A stretch of 64,000 bases of DNA from Antedon mediterranea (GCF_964355755.1 NC_092671.1:36404304-36468303), one strand, 5' to 3'. Shown: positions 42,001 through 53,035, counted from the stretch's first letter. Numbers and translations: made by a program. The notes: generated by a model not told the origin, from the letters alone.

Positions 42001-45000
42001 ATCATGGTTAGTGGATGAACAGTAGCTTCCGAGGTACTTGAAATCCTCTACTTGTTCTATTGCTGATCCATCCAGTGCGAGAGTTATAGAAGGTGATGAG
42101 GGGTTTAAATATATGAATTGGGTCTTCTTGATGTTTAAGTATAAACCTATAGCTTGTGTGGCTTGTTGAATTCTGTGCAGTAGATTTTCGGCAGCATGTA
42201 TGGAATCTTCAAGAATGGCGATGTCATCGGCAAAGTCCAGGTCTGGTAGTACTTCAGCTGGATGTCTTCTACTACGGCGGAGGGTGAGACCGTCTGATGA
42301 TGTAGTTGCTGATCGCACTACATAGTCAAGGCAGACAATAAACAAGAATGGAGCAAGAGGGTCTCCTTGAACTACGCCAGAGTCGATGTTGAAGCAATCA
42401 GTCTCACCATCTGGAGTCAGGACAACTGCTGATGTATTGATATACATTACTCTGATGGCTTCTACAATTTTATGAGGGATGCCGTATGCTAAGAGGATCT
42501 TCATCATGATGTTGCGATTGATGGAATCGAAGGCTTTGCGAAAGTCAATAAAGATAATGACTGCCTCTTTGTGATGGTTCGTAACCTCTTCAACAATTCT
42601 CCTCAGTGCAAGAATGTGCGTAGTTGTTGATCGAGCCTGACGAAAGCCATTCTGGTTGGGGCGTAAAACTTCATTAATCACAGGACGTATCCTATTTAAA
42701 ATCAGGCGATTGTAGATCTTTGCAGCCAATTGTGATAATGAAATACCCCTGTAGTTATCTGGTTTTGAAAGATCACCTTTTTTCAGGATATGAACGAAAT
42801 TCCCCATTCTGATGGCCTGTATCCATCAAGAATTTGATTGCAGAAAGAAGTGAGAGCTTTCTGGGTGCCAGGTAATTTCCATATTTCGATGGGAAGACCG
42901 TCAAGACCAGTTGCTTTGCCAGATTTCATCTGTTTGCAGGCAATTGACACCTCAGCCTCGGAGAACCTCTCGGAGCTTATCTGGTGGTTAAGTTGAAGAT
43001 TTTGACGATATCCATGTCATCTACCACTGAAGTCTCCACCGATAGTAGTTTGTGGAAGTGAGTTTTCCATGCTAGAAGACAATCCTCTCCCATGATGCAT
43101 GCACTTTGAGATCTCTTCCCTGAGAGTTGTTTGACAAGTTGCCATGCAGATTTTAAGCTGTTGGCCGATGCTGGTTGATCGACACACTGTATGGTATAAA
43201 ATGGAAGCATATACAATATGCTACCCATTGCTACCCAACTTGTATTGAAATAATTTTTGATTAGGAATATAACTTTATGGAAAATGTGCATAATTGACTT
43301 CAGTATTTAGAATTATTATTAATTTATCTTTATCAACTAGTACGACCTTTCCTGATGATTTGAAGTTGGGTCTAGTTACATTTATTTTAAAGAAACCTTC
43401 ACTGGATCATACTTCCATGGCAAATTTTTGATCTATTTCTAATGTCGCTTTTTTATCTAATTGATCCTTGAGAAATGCGTTGCTTTAGATCTCATACATT
43501 TTCTTGACGACAATAATTTGTTCGACCCTCTTCAATCAGCATATAGAAAGCACCACAGTACAGAGTCAGCCATTCTCAAGGTGCATAATGATATTATTTT
43601 AACTCTGAATAAAGGTAATTGTCTTTTTTCTGTGTACCTCGACCTGTCGGCAGCTTCTGATACCATGTACTATTCCATTCTTATTGCAAGACTCTCGTCT
43701 ATTGTTATATGTGGATCTGCTCTAAATTGGTTCAAGTCATATTTGTCTTCTAGGAAGCAGCAGGTCCGGATTGGTAATGTCAAATCCACCTCTATCGACC
43801 TGAAATGCGGTGTTCCTCAAGGATCAATACTGGGTCCAGTATTGTTTTTAGTTTACATCTCGCCCATGAGTGATATCATTAAGAGACATTGTGTCCAATA
43901 TCATGTGTACGCAGATGATACACAACTGTACATCAGCTTTAATCCAGCAGAGTTTAATGAGGCGAAATCGGTTATCGAAGCTTGTGTTGTTGATGTTCAG
44001 GATTGGCTAACTAAAAACATGCTCTTTTTAAACCTGGTAAAACAGAAATCTTATTTCTTCATTCAAAACACTTCAAGAAATTGGCCATTGCTAGAAACAT
44101 CAATCACATCATCGTTGGAGGTTAGATATATCGGAGTTGTATTTGACTCAACGATTATGTCCAGACATATCAACAACATTAGTAAATCTGATACCTACCA
44201 CCTTCGTAACATAAGATCAATTCGCAAACACACTCCTCGCTTATTAAACTTGTCCATGCACTAATAACATCACGGTTAGACTACTGCAATGCCATTTTGT
44301 TTGGTCTACCAAATAAAGAACTTAATAAACTACAACTAAGTCTTTTCTTTCTTATACCAAATATTTCATTACAACGCTAGAATTATTTCACCTAAAATAA
44401 ACTTACATTAATTTATACTCATTTTTGTCTAAATTTAATAAAATATGCATATTTTCCAAAAATAACATCACATAATTAAATACAAGTTGGGTAGCAATGG
44501 GTAGCGTATTGTATATGCTTTCATTTGATACCATACAGTGTGTCCATTGACATTTTAAATATTTAACCCGAAAATGTTTTTTTTTGGTCAAAGGTTAGTA
44601 AAAGCATTTCCGGTCATTTTTGGGGGTAAAAGTTGTGTTAGACCGAATATAAATATGTATATTCTGAACAATTTGACACCAAAAGCAAATCTGTATGACA
44701 AGTGGTTTTCGAGATATAAGAACCACACATTTCTAACCTTTGACCCCGATTTTGGGCATGTTCGCCCCAGATAACGAATTTGACACATATCCCATGTTGT
44801 TCCTTGGGGTCAAATTATCCTATAACAGTTGAGATATTCTCTCCTAAATTGAATGCATACAAATCTTACTGAGGTTCTACACTAGCAGTAGTTATTAATG
44901 AATAAAGGTCAATGACCTTTGACCTGACTATCTGACCAATGGCACAAGTAACCCAAAATTTGCAAAAACTTTATTTTGTTGTTTGACCACTAAAACATAG

Positions 45001-48000
45001 ATGTAGAAACCACATTTGTCTTTTTAAACCCAGGAGTTGAGGAGTTATGAGCCATCAAATGCCACAAAAAGGTGACTGACCTTTGACCCTCAATATCTCA
45101 CTAATGCAGCAACTAGAAGGCTGCAAAAATTTTTTGGTAATTATTGACACCTAAAGCTACAAGAAAATACCAAAAGACCTTTTATTAGAATTGTTTCAAG
45201 GTCAAACCATATATAGCCTCTACTAATAGTTGTATTATTATTTTTTAACAGTCTACATTGTGTTTCGTGTACATGTGCAATGAAAACAAACACATAGGCT
45301 TACAAAAAAGTATGTATATAATAGACCTACCTATGTTATATCCAAAAACTTGAATTGTCATAGACACTGCCGTTTGTATTTCCAGTGGTTTAATACGCAA
45401 CGTCTTTACTTTAATAGGGTCATCCAGATCATTGCGGACGATACCATTCCCGTTTGTATTCCCATTGAATTCAACTACTTCTCCGAAACGCTTAATAGAA
45501 ACGAAATTCGATAATGTTTAAACTGTTATATATTCTTACCTTATAATGCACCAAATCATCTTCGTCGTTTTTTTTTCAAAGATACATTTTCACATATTCA
45601 GTTGCATAGTCCTTAAGTGATACTTAAGCTTGGTTCCCATTTAGACGTAACGCAGGGACGTAAGCGCAACGCAAGCGAGCTGACCAATGACAAGCGACAG
45701 TTCGAAAAATTCATCGTGTGTCATTGGTAAAAAAAAAGACTTGCGTTGCTTTTATGTTCTAGTGGGAACCAAGCTTTAGGCCACAGGAGCATCAAAAATA
45801 ACAATCGTCATTCTTACCTTATACTCCACAAAACCGTCTTGTTCGTTTTCTTTATATTGTAATGAATACCTTTTCACATATTCTTGACTAGAACCAGGGC
45901 AGTTACTACCACATCCACGTGTATCTAGACCACTAAACATCACAGGATCTTCAAAGTTAACCTGCAGGTATTCCTGAGCGATGTGAGTCGTCTGTCCGCG
46001 CCAAAACTGATCATCGTCATTCGAACGTATGGCGTATGACGGAGGGTGGTTATTGGATTGTGAGTATGATGATAGCCAGTCTGAAGATAGGGTTATAGCA
46101 TCGTCCTGGAGATCTAAAAGAACAAAATGTAGGCCCAGTCATAACCTCTAAAGCTAAATGATAAAGCTCTGTCTACACTATCAAACTAGTTTGACAAACA
46201 AAGTGTGATGTGTCCAAATGTGGTAGTGATATGCCTAAATATGGTAGTGATATGACATAATTATGTCCATATATTACATCCCAATTTTTGTCACATAAAG
46301 TTTGATAGTGTAGACATCCCTTTACTTTGAAAATCAATCATTACATGTTGTAATTCCTATTATTACAAGGCCGAAACATGTGTTGGTAACTTGGGTTTTG
46401 TATTCCTGGATAACTTACTAAACCTTACTAGTAGTGGAAGGAGATAAGTAAGGCAACTAACATACCGTTGTAAGAACCGAAAAATTAATATTGCTAAAAT
46501 GTCTGTTATTACTCGTATCGGACGGGAGTGCACTCTGCCACCCACATTAGACTCTTGTCTATAAGTGTTTGTATAAAACTGATTGAAATATCCGTTTATA
46601 GCCTACATTCAATAAAATACATTTTATAACACTATATATCTATTACGATTAGGTTTAGTAAAACAAGCCTACAAAATATACACTAGGAGAAGCTGTCAAA
46701 CATCTTTCCAATGAGTTCGTTTCAGTGACGTATCAAAGAATGTTGATGCTGGAACGGTATTACTAAAATTGAAAGGGCTTTGGTGGAGAGTATTATTAGG
46801 AATCACTCTGAAACTTTTCTTTGCTTCTGCACACACAAAAACATAAATAATATATACATTTTACCAGAATCCCATTCTGTCAACATAAACCCACAGGTAA
46901 TGGATTAAGAAATTGAGTGAATAGAACAAGATAGGATCTGTTGTCTGACATAAAAAGACAGCAGCAATAGAGATAATCATAGTACAATAACAGCAGCCGA
47001 TTCTTGCATAGAAACTACGACATCAACATACAATGACATTCATTGTTTAATCGCTTCAGAAAATAAAATCCTATCCGGGGGGTAGTTCTCCAGAAGTTAC
47101 AATTGTCTTTTACTATAGACAATATCGTAGTTATTCCATTTTAAATCCTAGAGGTAGTTTGTCGAGGTTGATAGTTGTCCTAGGGGTAATTTTTCTGAGA
47201 TTATTGTCTGATTGACAAATGTTACCGCTTTATTATCACTGTACTGAAATTTACATTTAGTATAATAGCTGCACTCGAGTGAGACGACTTACTTTTTGTC
47301 AATTCTATCTTATTTTCAGCTTTGTTTAGAGTTTCTCACTTCGCTTTATATAATCATCACAAATAGTATAATAATACGATTTTAAACCAAAGTAAGAGAT
47401 GTATTTGTACTAAAATGTATATAATACTTACATTGTGTAGTCAGATTTTTACTACACGACACAATTTACTGTGAGGTTATGAGGTTATAAGTACTAATTG
47501 AAAAGTTTAGCTATAAACACACTAAATAATAGTAATACAAATTTATTTTGCATTTTTCTTGTATTGAATTTATCTAGAAATGGCTATTATGGGGTTTTTT
47601 TTATGTAAAATTAGTTTTCGATTAAATTTTGGCCAAAATGAATAAAATGTGACATTATAATAAAAATTCAACAACAACAAAATGTATGGGGACAAGAATA
47701 TCTTTATGACAAAAAAATACGTACCATTCCGTCCACCGTGGGAATTGGTTGTTCCAGTAAATGACCCAGAATTGAAAACTATAGAGATGCGTCCACCAGC
47801 TCCACCTCCTCCTCCATCTGCGCGTCCACCATTTACTGATACATGACCACTACCAGAAATAGATGTGGTGGCTTCGAGGTGAACACTACCTCCACTTCCG
47901 CCTCCACTATTTCCTCCGGTTGCATCATTGCCATTCGCCAAGATGGTACCACCTAAGTCAATAGTCGCAGCCTTTATGATCACCACGCCTCCTCCGTTTC

Positions 48001-49374
48001 CGCCGCTACTTCCGCCGCCACCACTTCCAAGCATCGATGGCTCAGTAATGTCACCGTACGAAATGGAGTTTTGCTTTGTAAGGAAAACTGAAGACATGCC
48101 TCCCCGACCTCCATGTCCACCTAAAAAAAATTCCTTCTTTTTATGAATTGTTAAGAAAATTGATATATGGCTTGATGAGTAGACTAAATACAAGTTGAAA
48201 ATGTTTTAGTCTCAACGATTATAAGCAACGTAATATTTCAGTCTAAGATGCTCTCTAGATGGAATGCCTTCCTGAGATGAGTAGTAGTAATTAGTCTTGT
48301 TTATTTAATTTTAATTATATGTAATTTTTACTTTCTATGGACCAGAGATTCCTAAATAAAAGATTAAATTGAATACAAGTTTTTGAAACACAAGTGTTTA
48401 TATTTTACTGAAATTACTTATCAAAAATAGAAAATATAAAAATTAATTTGTTGCTATATTATAATATTTTTATCTAGATAACAATTATTGCAGGCCTACA
48501 TTTTATATCAAAGACAAACAGCATTGCTGAATTTACAGTATTTCTTGCATTCATTTTTAAAGATATAAGTTGTGACTTCCATATTATCCATTGAAATGGA
48601 GATGGGTGACAGTAAGTGTTTCAACAATCCATCTTATATGTTTAGATATAGCTATATTTTTAAGATTAATGTTTGATTTAAAAAAATAAATATTATCGAT
48701 TTTAATTTGTTATTTTTTGGAACAAATTATTTTATCTTTTCTGAGATCAATAACATTTTACTGATTACTGATTAATTGTACCTATTAAATGTAATATAAA
48801 AAGAATTGACAACAAGAATTTTTGACAAAAAATGTATTCAAAAAGTTTTAGGTTATGAATATTTTTGACATAATTTAATTTTACCAAAACATAAAATATA
48901 GGTCCAATCAAAAAGTTTTGGAATATGAATATTTTTTACAGATTTTCACTAAAAATTTGCAATTTATTTTTTACTAAAAAAAGAACGTTGAATCAAAAAG
49001 TTTAATATAAACAACTTAGGCCTACCACCAGATCCAGTTGCGTCACCAGCACCTGTCCCTGTGGCTGGTCCATGTCCAGCGCCATTAGCGTCAATGATAC
49101 CCTTCGTTCCTATATTGACCGCGGTGGTAGCAGTCAGTTCCAGAGAAGATTCATAACTAGATACATCAATAACAAGTGTTCCATCAATATCAATCTGATC
49201 AAACGCGTAGGCCTGGGCTGTAATAGTACATGTATCTCCTTCAGGAATTGTTAACGTAGTTGGACCGGGAAGATTTGGACACACAGCCTGGACATTCCCG
49301 ATGATGACCAATAGAAGAACAACGATATAAGTAAAGGAATACCTAACGACCGGTATTCCTTTCTTCACTTCCAT
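1..49374 (-). CDS. Giant secreted/cell-surface Gly-rich repeat protein (>=5,118 aa, C-terminus outside the window) with discoidin-like inserts; 39 coding exons
   Basis: Hand-assembled GT-AG exons with consistent phases: 49374-49026, 48120-47725, 46113-45818, 45490-45331, 39699-39605, 39145-39100, 38943-37297, 35742-34249, 33799-33549, 33315-33129, 32877-32762, 30517-30457, 29805-29621, 28923-28728, 28105-27969, 27685-27457, 26833-26604, 26082-25721, 25312-25133, 24774-24374, 23973-23711, 23259-22914, 22522-21815, 21588-17779, 17452-17273, 17121-16981, 16629-16064, 15715-15504, 15147-14969, 14560-14412, 13893-13702, 13337-13169, 12998-12858, 3298-3155, 2693-2517, 2189-1951, 1474-1296, 937-609, 212-<1. 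The N-terminus [30 protein letters not shown] looks like a signal peptide. Recurring motifs are GxxHGGxGG, YGxxxEPxxxGSGG, [18 protein letters not shown], GGxGTxF, FEELQIYG and IGDRTGxxHI. Confidence 0.9.
1065..1200 (+). mobile_element. tRNA-derived SINE copy
   Basis: tagcttggta...cttgccttccaatcccgaggtccagtgttcaatcctgacctagtgccagggttgtaa is nearly identical to the reverse complement of 17491-17626. Confidence 0.7.
3377..12777 (-). mobile_element. Tandem array of six ~1.55-kb non-autonomous Helentron/Helitron-like units inside one intron
   Basis: Units start with actagaatttaattcgtcactttgacgaattataggtgatcatttt at 3377, 4925, 6524, 8056, 9600 and 11179. On the minus strand each ends in hairpin aattcgtca-aag-tgacgaatt followed by CTAG|T. 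Units 2, 5 and 6 end on plus with an A-rich/(aataag)n tract and hairpin taggtgatcattt..aaatgatcaccta. No coding capacity seen. Confidence 0.8.
14043..14287. mobile_element. Putative MITE
   Basis: Terminal aaccaggttt...aaacctggtt plus an internal inverted pair tgaaatctcgg / ccgagatttca. Confidence 0.5.
14715..14920 (-). mobile_element. Rex1/L2-type LINE 3' remnant
   Basis: Translates, with a frameshift, to KVIG...[10 protein letters not shown] / LRSGRMR....[12 protein letters not shown], resembling C-termini of Rex1/L2-group ORF2. Confidence 0.5.
17491..17626 (-). mobile_element. tRNA-derived SINE (tRNA-Gly-like head)
   Basis: The minus strand has an A-box tagcttggtgg, gccttccaa in the anticodon region and a B-box ggttcaatcc, then a non-tRNA tail. 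A second copy is at ~1065-1200 on plus. Confidence 0.7.
17779..21588 (-). CDS. Largest exon (3,810 nt) of the giant repeat-protein gene, about three super-repeats
   Basis: Matches the 1204-aa ORF extended upstream to an AG acceptor at 21589-21590, with a GT donor at 17777-17778. Contains three copies of FEELQI..A..A / [11 protein letters not shown] / DLPF. Confidence 0.95.
24971..25128. mobile_element. MITE family B copy abutting a splice donor
   Basis: TTA TSDs at 24968-24970 and 25129-25131, with family B TIRs. Confidence 0.85.
25348..25627. mobile_element. Short MITE sharing the agatgtattgtccc TIR
   Basis: ttaa|agatgtattgtcccc...ggggacaatacatct. Confidence 0.7.
26873..26955 (+). mobile_element. 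Terminal fragment of a DINE-1/Helentron-like non-autonomous element
   Basis: Hairpin tacctcc-gccaa-ggaggta followed by a (gttt/gtct)n microsatellite. Confidence 0.45.
28128..28345 (+). repeat. Minisatellite built from GATTAGG/GATGAA units
   Basis: Repeated gattagggatgaagattagg variants over ~220 bp, next to the acceptor of exon 28105-27969. Confidence 0.9.
30919..31466. mobile_element. TTAA-flanked non-autonomous DNA transposon (Kolobok-like ends), ~550 bp
   Basis: ttaa|agatgtattgtccctt...aagggacaatacatct|ttaa. A highly similar copy lies at 60299-60850. The same TIR occurs on a shorter element at 25348-25627 and a partial copy ending at 27920. Confidence 0.8.
32325..32409. repeat. Perfect 85-bp palindrome (42-bp arms, 1-nt spacer)
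   Basis: gctagcgaggtctagaaacgtgatgtttataatgtattttag-c-ctaaaatacattataaacatcacgtttctagacctcgctagc. Confidence 0.95.
34249..35742 (-). CDS. Exon 8 of the giant gene (non-Gly beta-rich repeat region)
   Basis: 523-aa ORF bounded by a tag acceptor and a gtagg donor. Shares V.VNG.F..G....G.GW motifs with exon 7. Confidence 0.9.
36795..37255 (+). mobile_element. RTE-clade LINE 3' remnant interrupted by an AT-rich insertion
   Basis: 36795-36886 translates [30 protein letters not shown] (typical RTE C-terminus). It resumes at ~37108 and ends in (ga)n. Confidence 0.6.
37297..38943 (-). CDS. Exon 7 of the giant gene (non-Gly beta-rich repeat region)
   Basis: 570-aa ORF bounded by a cag acceptor (38944-38945) and a gtgagt donor; phase 1 at both ends. 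Confidence 0.9.
39210..39263. repeat. (CAGTA)n microsatellite
   Basis: Direct reading. Confidence 0.85.
40103..40866. repeat. 44-bp tandem repeat (~16 copies) inside a MITE
   Basis: Unit caagcgatcgacgcgctatgatgtccttgagttacgtcaaagtt with period 44 from 40129 to ~40848, flanked by inverted ends tggttcgcactt / aagtgtgaacca. Confidence 0.9.
41477..43180 (-). mobile_element. 5'-truncated, frameshifted RTE-clade LINE (reverse transcriptase)
   Basis: 434-aa ORF with [63 protein letters not shown]. The upstream part ([17 protein letters not shown]) is in another frame. A short 3' UTR ends in a (TAAG)3 tail at 41477-41488. Confidence 0.92.
43340..44337 (+). mobile_element. Degenerate L2/CR1-group LINE reverse transcriptase fragment
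   Basis: Motifs [73 protein letters not shown], with stops and frameshifts on both sides. Confidence 0.88.
45331..46113 (-). CDS. Exons 3-4 of the giant gene encoding an F5/8 type C (discoidin) domain
   Basis: Translation includes [41 protein letters not shown] / [28 protein letters not shown]...SMTIQVFG, which follows the F5/8C consensus. Missed by the ORF track because there is no start codon. Confidence 0.8.
45628..45775. mobile_element. PIF/Harbinger (Tourist-like) MITE family A; related copies at ~36025-36170, ~36505-36630, ~39435-39530, ~53215-53368
   Basis: tta|agcttggttccca...tgggaaccaagct|tta, i.e. TIRs plus a 3-bp TTA TSD. Copies share internal aacgcaag/ccaatc motifs. Confidence 0.75.
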
Positions 49375-50251
49375 TCGTAAGCTATTTTCTTACATAGGCT
49401 CTGTAATAAACAACGAAACTTTAGGCTAAGTGAAAACAAATTGTTTTACAATATACAATACAGTGTACATGCGGTGTTGCCGCATTCAAATGACTCCTAT
49501 ATAATATATATATACTATATATATACTTGAAATACCAATAGACCTATAGTCCAAGTTTTAAAAAGTAGGCGGAGTTTCAGTATATTATGTATATAAAAAA
49601 CAAGTATAGGCCAAGTAAAGGTATTTGGTCTTGGTTTTACAACAATTTTATCGCAATCAAATGATACCATGGCAACCAGTAAACAGCTTTGATAAGAATT
49701 ATATACTTTCATAGGCGGAGTTTCAGTTTTATGGTAAGTCTATTTCAGATATGACAAACCTGATGCAAATACACTGTGACATTCGTTTGATCCATTTGGA
49801 GTTAAAATACATAAAATATCACGTGATTTCATAAACACAACCCGGTTACAAACTATGATATCTGTGAAATATTCTTTGTAAACAAATTCCAAATATATAT
49901 TTAAATGAATACGTAGGTATTTACTTATATGGCAAAACATTTCTTTTGATCACGTAAGACTATAGATTAAGTATTTTATAAGCTTCTAGATGCGTATTTT
50001 ACCATTGTCGTAAGGAAAACTACCGTATATATGGTAATGATGATCACTTTAATATAGGCCTACATATCATAGAAATTGTTGAATTCGGTCCATTTGCACA
50101 ATGTTTCTGCACCTGTCACTAGATCACACATCTGACAAGCGTAAATCAGATACAAGTCTCAGAGTATGTTATGTACTTTTAATTCATCTCTTATGATCCA
50201 TGCGTGCAGACAATAGAAAAACCCTAATACTGAGTTTTATAGGTTCCAATA

Positions 50252-50297
50252 AGGGACGTAAATGGGACGTAAATGGGACGTAAATGAGACGTAAATG
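50252..50297. repeat. 11-bp tandem repeat (gggacgtaaat) x4
   Basis: Direct reading. Confidence 0.85.
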
Positions 50298-51282
50298 TAC
50301 AGCGATAATCAATACACAATTAGGAACAGCATATAATTATAGACCTCAAGATGTAACAATTAAAAAAAAGATGTAACAATTATTGTAGAAATCGGGTTCC
50401 TTATTTCTCGTTATTATTTTTAGTACATAAATTTCTGGGTGTAACGAGACATCTTCTGATTGGTGTTGCGTGGTATAACCGAGAATTGTTATTTATATTG
50501 ATTCACACCTTCAATCTGTGTCAAACTTATAATGCAGGTGCATAACAAATACAAAAGGACCAAAAAGGGTAATGGCGAAAACAGATACGGATAAACAGTG
50601 TAAAATCTCCCTGGCAAAACAATAATAAATTGACCTGCTTATTAATTTTGTTCACTTTTATCATAGAGGTATTTTTTACCTTCCATTCTTTTATTAAAAC
50701 TATTATCAGAACGTCAATTTTAAATCGCTCATTAATATTAGGATTTGTTAAATGTTTCGTTTGACTTTGAATGTTATATTGAATACAACATAACCTTGCG
50801 TAACTTTAAAATAATTACCAAACACTAACAAATCTGAACCATAGAAATTTGTTAATGTGTGTTTACACGATAAACAAGACTATCACTTCTTAGATAAAAC
50901 GGATAAAACGACTGCTGTAAAAATCCTGTTATACACACCAATCAACGAGGAAGTTACATGGATATAAAAAGGAAGTGGTTATATACTAATTTGACAGTCT
51001 AGATCCAGGTAAACAATAATCGATTGACCTTTGTCCCATCGATCACTAATAGAATAAACAACATATTGGGCAATTTGTATCGTTTATCTCTCTCTTTTAT
51101 AGCTTCACGTTTTCACTTTTTATTATTCCAGCATGTGTATCAAAAGTAGGCATGGCTATAAAATTGAATTAAATTAACATTTATGTCATAAAATATAATT
51201 AAAATATGCAATTAATATTTAAGGGCCTTTTCAGGAGAAAATCCACAATAAAAAAGAAAGAAAACGGATCTCTTCAGTTCAA

Positions 51283-51445
51283 AGCTCTGTCTACACTATC
51301 AAACTTTATGTGACAAACAAAGTGTGATTTGCTCAAATATAGTAGTGATATGCTTAAATATGGTGGTGGTATGACATCAGCATGTCCATTAAATGGGCAC
51401 ATCACATTTTTTTGTCACATAAAGTTTGATAGTGTAGACAGAGCT
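51283..51445. mobile_element. PIF/Harbinger-type MITE family B (~160 bp)
   Basis: 23-bp TIR agctctgtctacactatcaaact with TWA-type flanks. Further copies at 1518-1635, ~1736-1860, ~13051-13150, 23370-23472, 24971-25128, 46165-46316, 52874-53035 and 60120-60278. Confidence 0.85.
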
Positions 51446-52873
51446 TTATACAAGTTTTCAGTAAAAAGTTAAATTTGTACTTTATTTGTTAGATTGTTTT
51501 GTTTTAAAGAATGTCCCTGTTAATATTCGAACATGACCTCGCAGTTAGAAGATAGGTCTATTAAAATCACAAAAGTCATGGAGACAGTTTGTTCATACAT
51601 TAAATAGTATAGCTGCGTAAAATATATACTAGATAATATTCAATCCATCATTTTGCAAAAGTGCATTTATACATTATACCGTAAATCCTTAGGGCAAACA
51701 CACTTCATCGTATGTGTTAATGGACATAATACAGTAACAACACTGACAGTTCAATTCTTAATACACATTATAAAAATTTAACTGAAAATAAACTTATTTT
51801 TGAAAAAAAAAACCCTTTGGTTGAAATTAAAACTCATCACCATAGGCACTGCAGACACATCTACAGGCTGTAGTCACCCACAGGGTTTACATCCATGAGG
51901 TATTGCAATGGAATTGAAGGCAAGCCTACCATCTGATTATTTAAGGCATATTACATAAGTTTATCTGAAAAAACTTACCATGGAAGTGGGGATTACTTAT
52001 TGATAAGAATAATTAATCGATAATCTTCCTCTTGATACAAACTCCACAACGCCTTTTATTTTACTCCTGGATCTCAGTAGGCATCGTGTCTTAACTTGTA
52101 CTCATATTAAGAAATAAGATTGCAATACTTGAGGTGACCCATTCAAGGAAGTAGGCTTACGTCAAATTAGTATTATCTTACCGACCAAACACATTCCTTT
52201 AGTAGAAAAGCTATCGGCAAGGTGTGTTACTACAATTCAACCGACAGGAACATCGGATAAAACGTCAGGTTTTTTTACGGATGTGGGAAAATAGGTCCGT
52301 GTGCTCACTAGACTAATCGTATTCTACAGAATACCACTAATTTTTCTTAGCGGCCCCGAAGTCCCAGCAAATTGGGAACACTTCAAAATGTCCTAGCTCT
52401 TTGTGAAAATATTATGGTAGGGAATAACACATAAGTTGTTTATTTATCCGATATTATTTACAAAAAGTAAAAAAGTATCTTGATGGAAATGTGGGTACTA
52501 TTCAGATGTTCTCAAACATTTACTTCCGCTTACGGCTAAACAATTGTGCGTTAGATAAAAAGATTAGGCCTACACTTTTAATTCACACGGAAACAAACCG
52601 ATTTGTATATCTTACTTGATCCTTTGCCAATGAGGAAGTAAAATGGAAAGAAATGAAACGCTTCTAATTGTTTATACTGAATTCAGTATAATTGTGACAA
52701 AAGCAAATCTAATTTTACGTTCCCTCAAAACTTCCCTGTTGGTTTCATTGTAAAAGAATTTACTCGTCGACACAATGTTCCCGCATATCTCTTCAGGTGA
52801 AACACTAAATTAAATTCGGTTACGTAGAGAAAAATCGAAGAATTCATGAAAATTCCCTATATATCTTGTCTAA

Positions 52874-53035
52874 AGCTCTGTCTACACTATAAAACTAGTT
52901 TGACCAAAAAAAAGTTTAATGTGCCCAAATATGGTAGTGATATACTCAAATATGGTAGTGATATGACACCATCATCTACATATAAGGGCACATCACATTT
53001 TTTGTCACATAAATTTTGATAGTGTAGACAGAGCT
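52874..53035. mobile_element. MITE family B copy
   Basis: agctctgtctacactat...atagtgtagacagagct. Confidence 0.85.

Larger units (their letters stand above)
40928..45225. repeat. Two inverted copies of a ~0.8-kb non-coding element flanking the LINE fragments
   Basis: 40928-41476 plus 43181-~43320 is the reverse complement of ~44400-45225 (e.g. gcagccttctagttgctgc vs gcagcaactagaaggctgc; gctacccattgctacccaacttg vs caagttgggtagcaatgggtagc). Confidence 0.85.

Noticed and set aside
41503-44264. Retron/DGR-like or domesticated pair of divergent reverse transcriptases
   Set aside because: Both are truncated, frameshifted non-LTR retrotransposon remnants of different clades; their proximity is explained by nested insertion.
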